Source: an uncultured Janthinobacterium sp. (GTDB lineage: Bacteria > Vulcanimicrobiota > Vulcanimicrobiia > Vulcanimicrobiales > Vulcanimicrobiaceae). From it: DNA of 36,564 nucleotides. Below, in pieces: positions 33,814-36,564 of the stretch. A program made the position numbers and the translations under genes. Location: positions 20,064-56,627 of the forward strand of contig CAZZXB010000002.1 in NCBI GenBank assembly GCA_964658025.1. Direction: 5' to 3'. The stretch's first letter is position 1. Each line of letters opens with the position of its first letter. A model generated the notes under the pieces. It had not been told where the DNA came from, searched no databases, and saw only the letters and a program-made list of their open reading frames with translations.

Positions 33814-36564
33814 GTGACGTTCCTCCGCAACATGCGCCTTCCCGAACTCTCGCTTCCGCTGCGTCTGGTAACGCTCGCCTCCCTACTCTGCGCGCCGATC
33901 CTGTGGTACGCCACGGGCGAGCAACACACGATCGATCGCGACGTCGCCCGCCAGGCGCGAATCGCGTACGCGATCGACTGGATCGCGATGTCGGACGATC
34001 TCATGATCGAAGCCGGCTCGATGACCGTCGCGCGCGGCCCGGGCGGGCGCGTTCGTGTCGACGACCCGTCGCGGAAACGGATCGAAGGCAAGCTCGAGGC
34101 GCTCGACGCCTACGCCCTGCGTCACGCGGGTGACGTTCCGGCGCTCCCGCTCGCGACCGGGCACATCGCGAAGGCCTGGGCGTCCGTGTTCCGCTCGCCC
34201 GACGCCGCGTCGCTCACGAATCTCGTCAACGTCACGTTCCACATGTCCAGCAACGTTTCGGACGGCTCCACGCTGTCGTTCGAGTCGAACATGCTGCTCG
34301 CCAATCTCGGCGATCTGCTCGACAACGCGTATCTGCTCGTGTACGCGCCGCTCGGCGCCGGCGGGCAGGTTCTCGAAATCGGACTCGAACGCGGCGGCGT
34401 GACGCTCGACGATCGTATCGCGATCGCGGGCTTGCTCGCGCGCGCTCGCGGCGCGGCGATCCCGGTCGGCAACGACACGAACGGGGCGCCGGGCGAACCG
34501 CTTCCGATCCCCAAACCGCTCTACGAAGCCGTCACCGCCACGATGGCGAAGGCCGAACGGTACGAGAACGCGCTCGGCGTCGCGATCCGTCGACCGGTCG
34601 TCACGCGCGACGATCGCGTCGCGCTCGCGCTCGGGCGCGCCGATACGCTCGCGGCGAGTTCGGCGCTCGTCCGATTCGTGCATCGCGACGCGATGGTCGC
34701 GTTGGGCGAGACGCGGATCGATTCCGCGAACCGTCGCGATTCCGTCTACGCGCAGGCCGCGCTCCTGATCTTGTTCGCGAGCACGCTCTCGATCCTCACC
34801 GGCATCTTCATCGTGCGGCGCGATCGCCGCGAACTCAACAACGCGCGCCACAAGGCCGACGCCCTCGCCGCCGAACTGGGACGACAGGAAGCGGAACGCC
34901 TGCAGATGATGACGGCCGCGCAATTCGACGCCGTCTTCGATCGCTCGCAGATGGGCATCGCGCTCCTCGCGCGCGACGGGACGACGATCGAGAGCAATCC
35001 CGCGCTCTGCGCGTTTCTCGGCAACGCGACGCCGTCGATCATCCCCGCCTCCGATCGCCGCTTCGCGGACCTCGTCGCCGGCCGCGAGGCGACCTACCAA
35101 TTCGAGAGCGCGCTGGAAAACGCGACGGGCGGACTGCGCTGGGCGCAGATCACCGTCTCGTCGATCGACGTCGATCGCTCCGAACAGATCGTCGCGATCG
35201 CGATGATCGAGGACATCACCGAGCGTCGCGCGATCGAACAGCGTCTGCGCTACGACGCCGCGCACGATCACCTGACCGCCTTACCGAATCGGACGACGTT
35301 CCTCGCGCGCCTCGAATACGTACTCCAGACGGGCGTCGACCTCGAGCGCTTCGCCGTGCTCTTCATCGATCTCGACAAATTCAAATTCGTCAACGACACG
35401 CTCGGCCACCCGGCCGGCGATCGCGCGATCTCGATCGCGGCGCAGCGGCTCGTCGGCGCGACGCGGCCGGGCGATCTCGTGGCTCGCCTGCACGGCGACG
35501 AATTCGCCGTGTTGCTCGAGAACGTCGACGCGGCGATCCCCGGACGCGTCGTCGCCGACCGCATCACGAGCGCGTTCAAGGCGCCGATCACGCTCGACGG
35601 CACGCCGATCGTCCTGACCGCGAGCGTCGGAATCGTCGCCGGGCTCGACGCGTACCGCACCGCCGAACACGTGATGCGCGACGCCGACGTCGCGATGTAC
35701 AACGCCAAAAAACTCGGCCGCTCGACCGCCGTCGTGTTCGACGGCATCATGCAGGAGCGCCTCGGCGCGCACGTGCGGATGCTCAGCGACGTGCGGCTCG
35801 CGCTCGATCGCAACGAGTTCTACCTCGTATACCAGCCGATCGTCAACCTCGTCACGGGAAAACTCTCGGGCGTCGAAGCGCTCATGCGTTGGCGCCACCC
35901 GACGATGGGCGAGATCATGCCGATCGATTTCATCCCGACGGCCGAAGAATCCGACGCGATCCAATCGCTCGGCCGACTCGCGCTCTCGGAGACGTGCCGG
36001 ATGCTCGCGCGGCTCGACGCGCGCGGGCTGCCGAAGATCACCGCGAGCGTCAACCTCTCGGTCTCGCATCTCGCGAGCGGCGAGGTCGTCCGCGACGTAC
36101 GCAAGGCGATCGAGAGTTCGGGAGTCGATCCCAAGCGCCTCATGCTCGAGATCACCGAGAGCGGCTTACTCGAAAACGGTTCGCAGGCCGAACGCGTGCT
36201 CGCCGATCTGAGCGCGCTCGGCGCGCGGCTGTGCATCGACGACTTCGGGACGGGCTATTCGTCGCTGCGCTACCTCCACGAATATCCGATCGACGTGATG
36301 AAGATCGATCGCTCGTTCGTCTCCGGCGACGACGGCCGGGTGGCGAACGAACCGATCGTGCAGATGCTCCTCACGCTCGCGCGCGCGCTCCGCATCGATC
36401 CGATCGCCGAGGGCATCGAGACCGAGGTGCAGCGCCAGGCGTTGCTCGACGGCGGATGTCCGCTCGCGCAGGGCTATCTCTTCTCGCGTCCGATCTCCGA
36501 AGACGAACTCGCCGCCTTCATCGAGCGGCAACTCGACGCGCACGCGGAACGGACGGTCGCGTAG
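33814..36564 (+). CDS. Membrane-anchored PAS-GGDEF-EAL c-di-GMP protein
   Basis: Two TM segments around a helical sensor region, PAS-like ..EDITERR, HD.LT.LPNR, FIDLD.FK.VND..GH, HGDEF, EAL, DDFGTGYSS, KIDRSF, AEGIE, QGY. Alternative start ATG 33832. Confidence 0.95.
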   Translation: MTFLRNMRLPELSLPLRLVTLASLLCAPILWYATGEQHTIDRDVARQARIAYAIDWIAMSDDLMIEAGSMTVARGPGGRVRVDDPSRKRIEGKLEALDAYALRHAGDVPALPLATGHIAKAWASVFRSPDAASLTNLVNVTFHMSSNVSDGSTLSFESNMLLANLGDLLDNAYLLVYAPLGAGGQVLEIGLERGGVTLDDRIAIAGLLARARGAAIPVGNDTNGAPGEPLPIPKPLYEAVTATMAKAERYENALGVAIRRPVVTRDDRVALALGRADTLAASSALVRFVHRDAMVALGETRIDSANRRDSVYAQAALLILFASTLSILTGIFIVRRDRRELNNARHKADALAAELGRQEAERLQMMTAAQFDAVFDRSQMGIALLARDGTTIESNPALCAFLGNATPSIIPASDRRFADLVAGREATYQFESALENATGGLRWAQITVSSIDVDRSEQIVAIAMIEDITERRAIEQRLRYDAAHDHLTALPNRTTFLARLEYVLQTGVDLERFAVLFIDLDKFKFVNDTLGHPAGDRAISIAAQRLVGATRPGDLVARLHGDEFAVLLENVDAAIPGRVVADRITSAFKAPITLDGTPIVLTASVGIVAGLDAYRTAEHVMRDADVAMYNAKKLGRSTAVVFDGIMQERLGAHVRMLSDVRLALDRNEFYLVYQPIVNLVTGKLSGVEALMRWRHPTMGEIMPIDFIPTAEESDAIQSLGRLALSETCRMLARLDARGLPKITASVNLSVSHLASGEVVRDVRKAIESSGVDPKRLMLEITESGLLENGSQAERVLADLSALGARLCIDDFGTGYSSLRYLHEYPIDVMKIDRSFVSGDDGRVANEPIVQMLLTLARALRIDPIAEGIETEVQRQALLDGGCPLAQGYLFSRPISEDELAAFIERQLDAHAERTVA

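Noticed and set aside
1..36564. CRISPR arrays, prophage, transposases, defence systems, horizontally acquired islands
   Set aside because: I saw no spaced repeats or hallmark genes, and composition looks uniform by eye.

Overview
A gene-dense, very GC-rich bacterial chromosomal window made up mostly of housekeeping and stress genes. I found no prophage, integrase, transposase or CRISPR array. Codon style and gene content resemble Ca. Eremiobacterota/Vulcanimicrobiota, but that is a weak inference. In order it holds: a partial dienelactone-hydrolase-like gene; a 1480-aa all-in-one 2-oxoglutarate dehydrogenase (two lipoyl domains, linker, E2 and E1); tRNA-Leu(CAG); several small metabolic genes; an NHEJ operon with split LigD (PE-ligase, stand-alone Pol, Ku); an envelope-modification operon (two paralogous GT-C-like membrane proteins, ArnT-like GT, acyltransferase-3); serA followed by a PspA-type phosphoserine phosphatase; alaS; a ferritin-like/HD-GYP pair; a ytxG-ytxH-rsbV-rsbW-sigB-like stress operon; iscS; and a GGDEF-EAL protein. 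The most notable points are the lipoyl-bearing E2-E1 fusion, an RsbW with a degenerate kinase site, two small genes missing from the ORF track, a recurring sigmaH-like motif placed for leaderless transcription, and the uncharacterised GT-C operon. All calls come from motif reading by eye; no database search was run.
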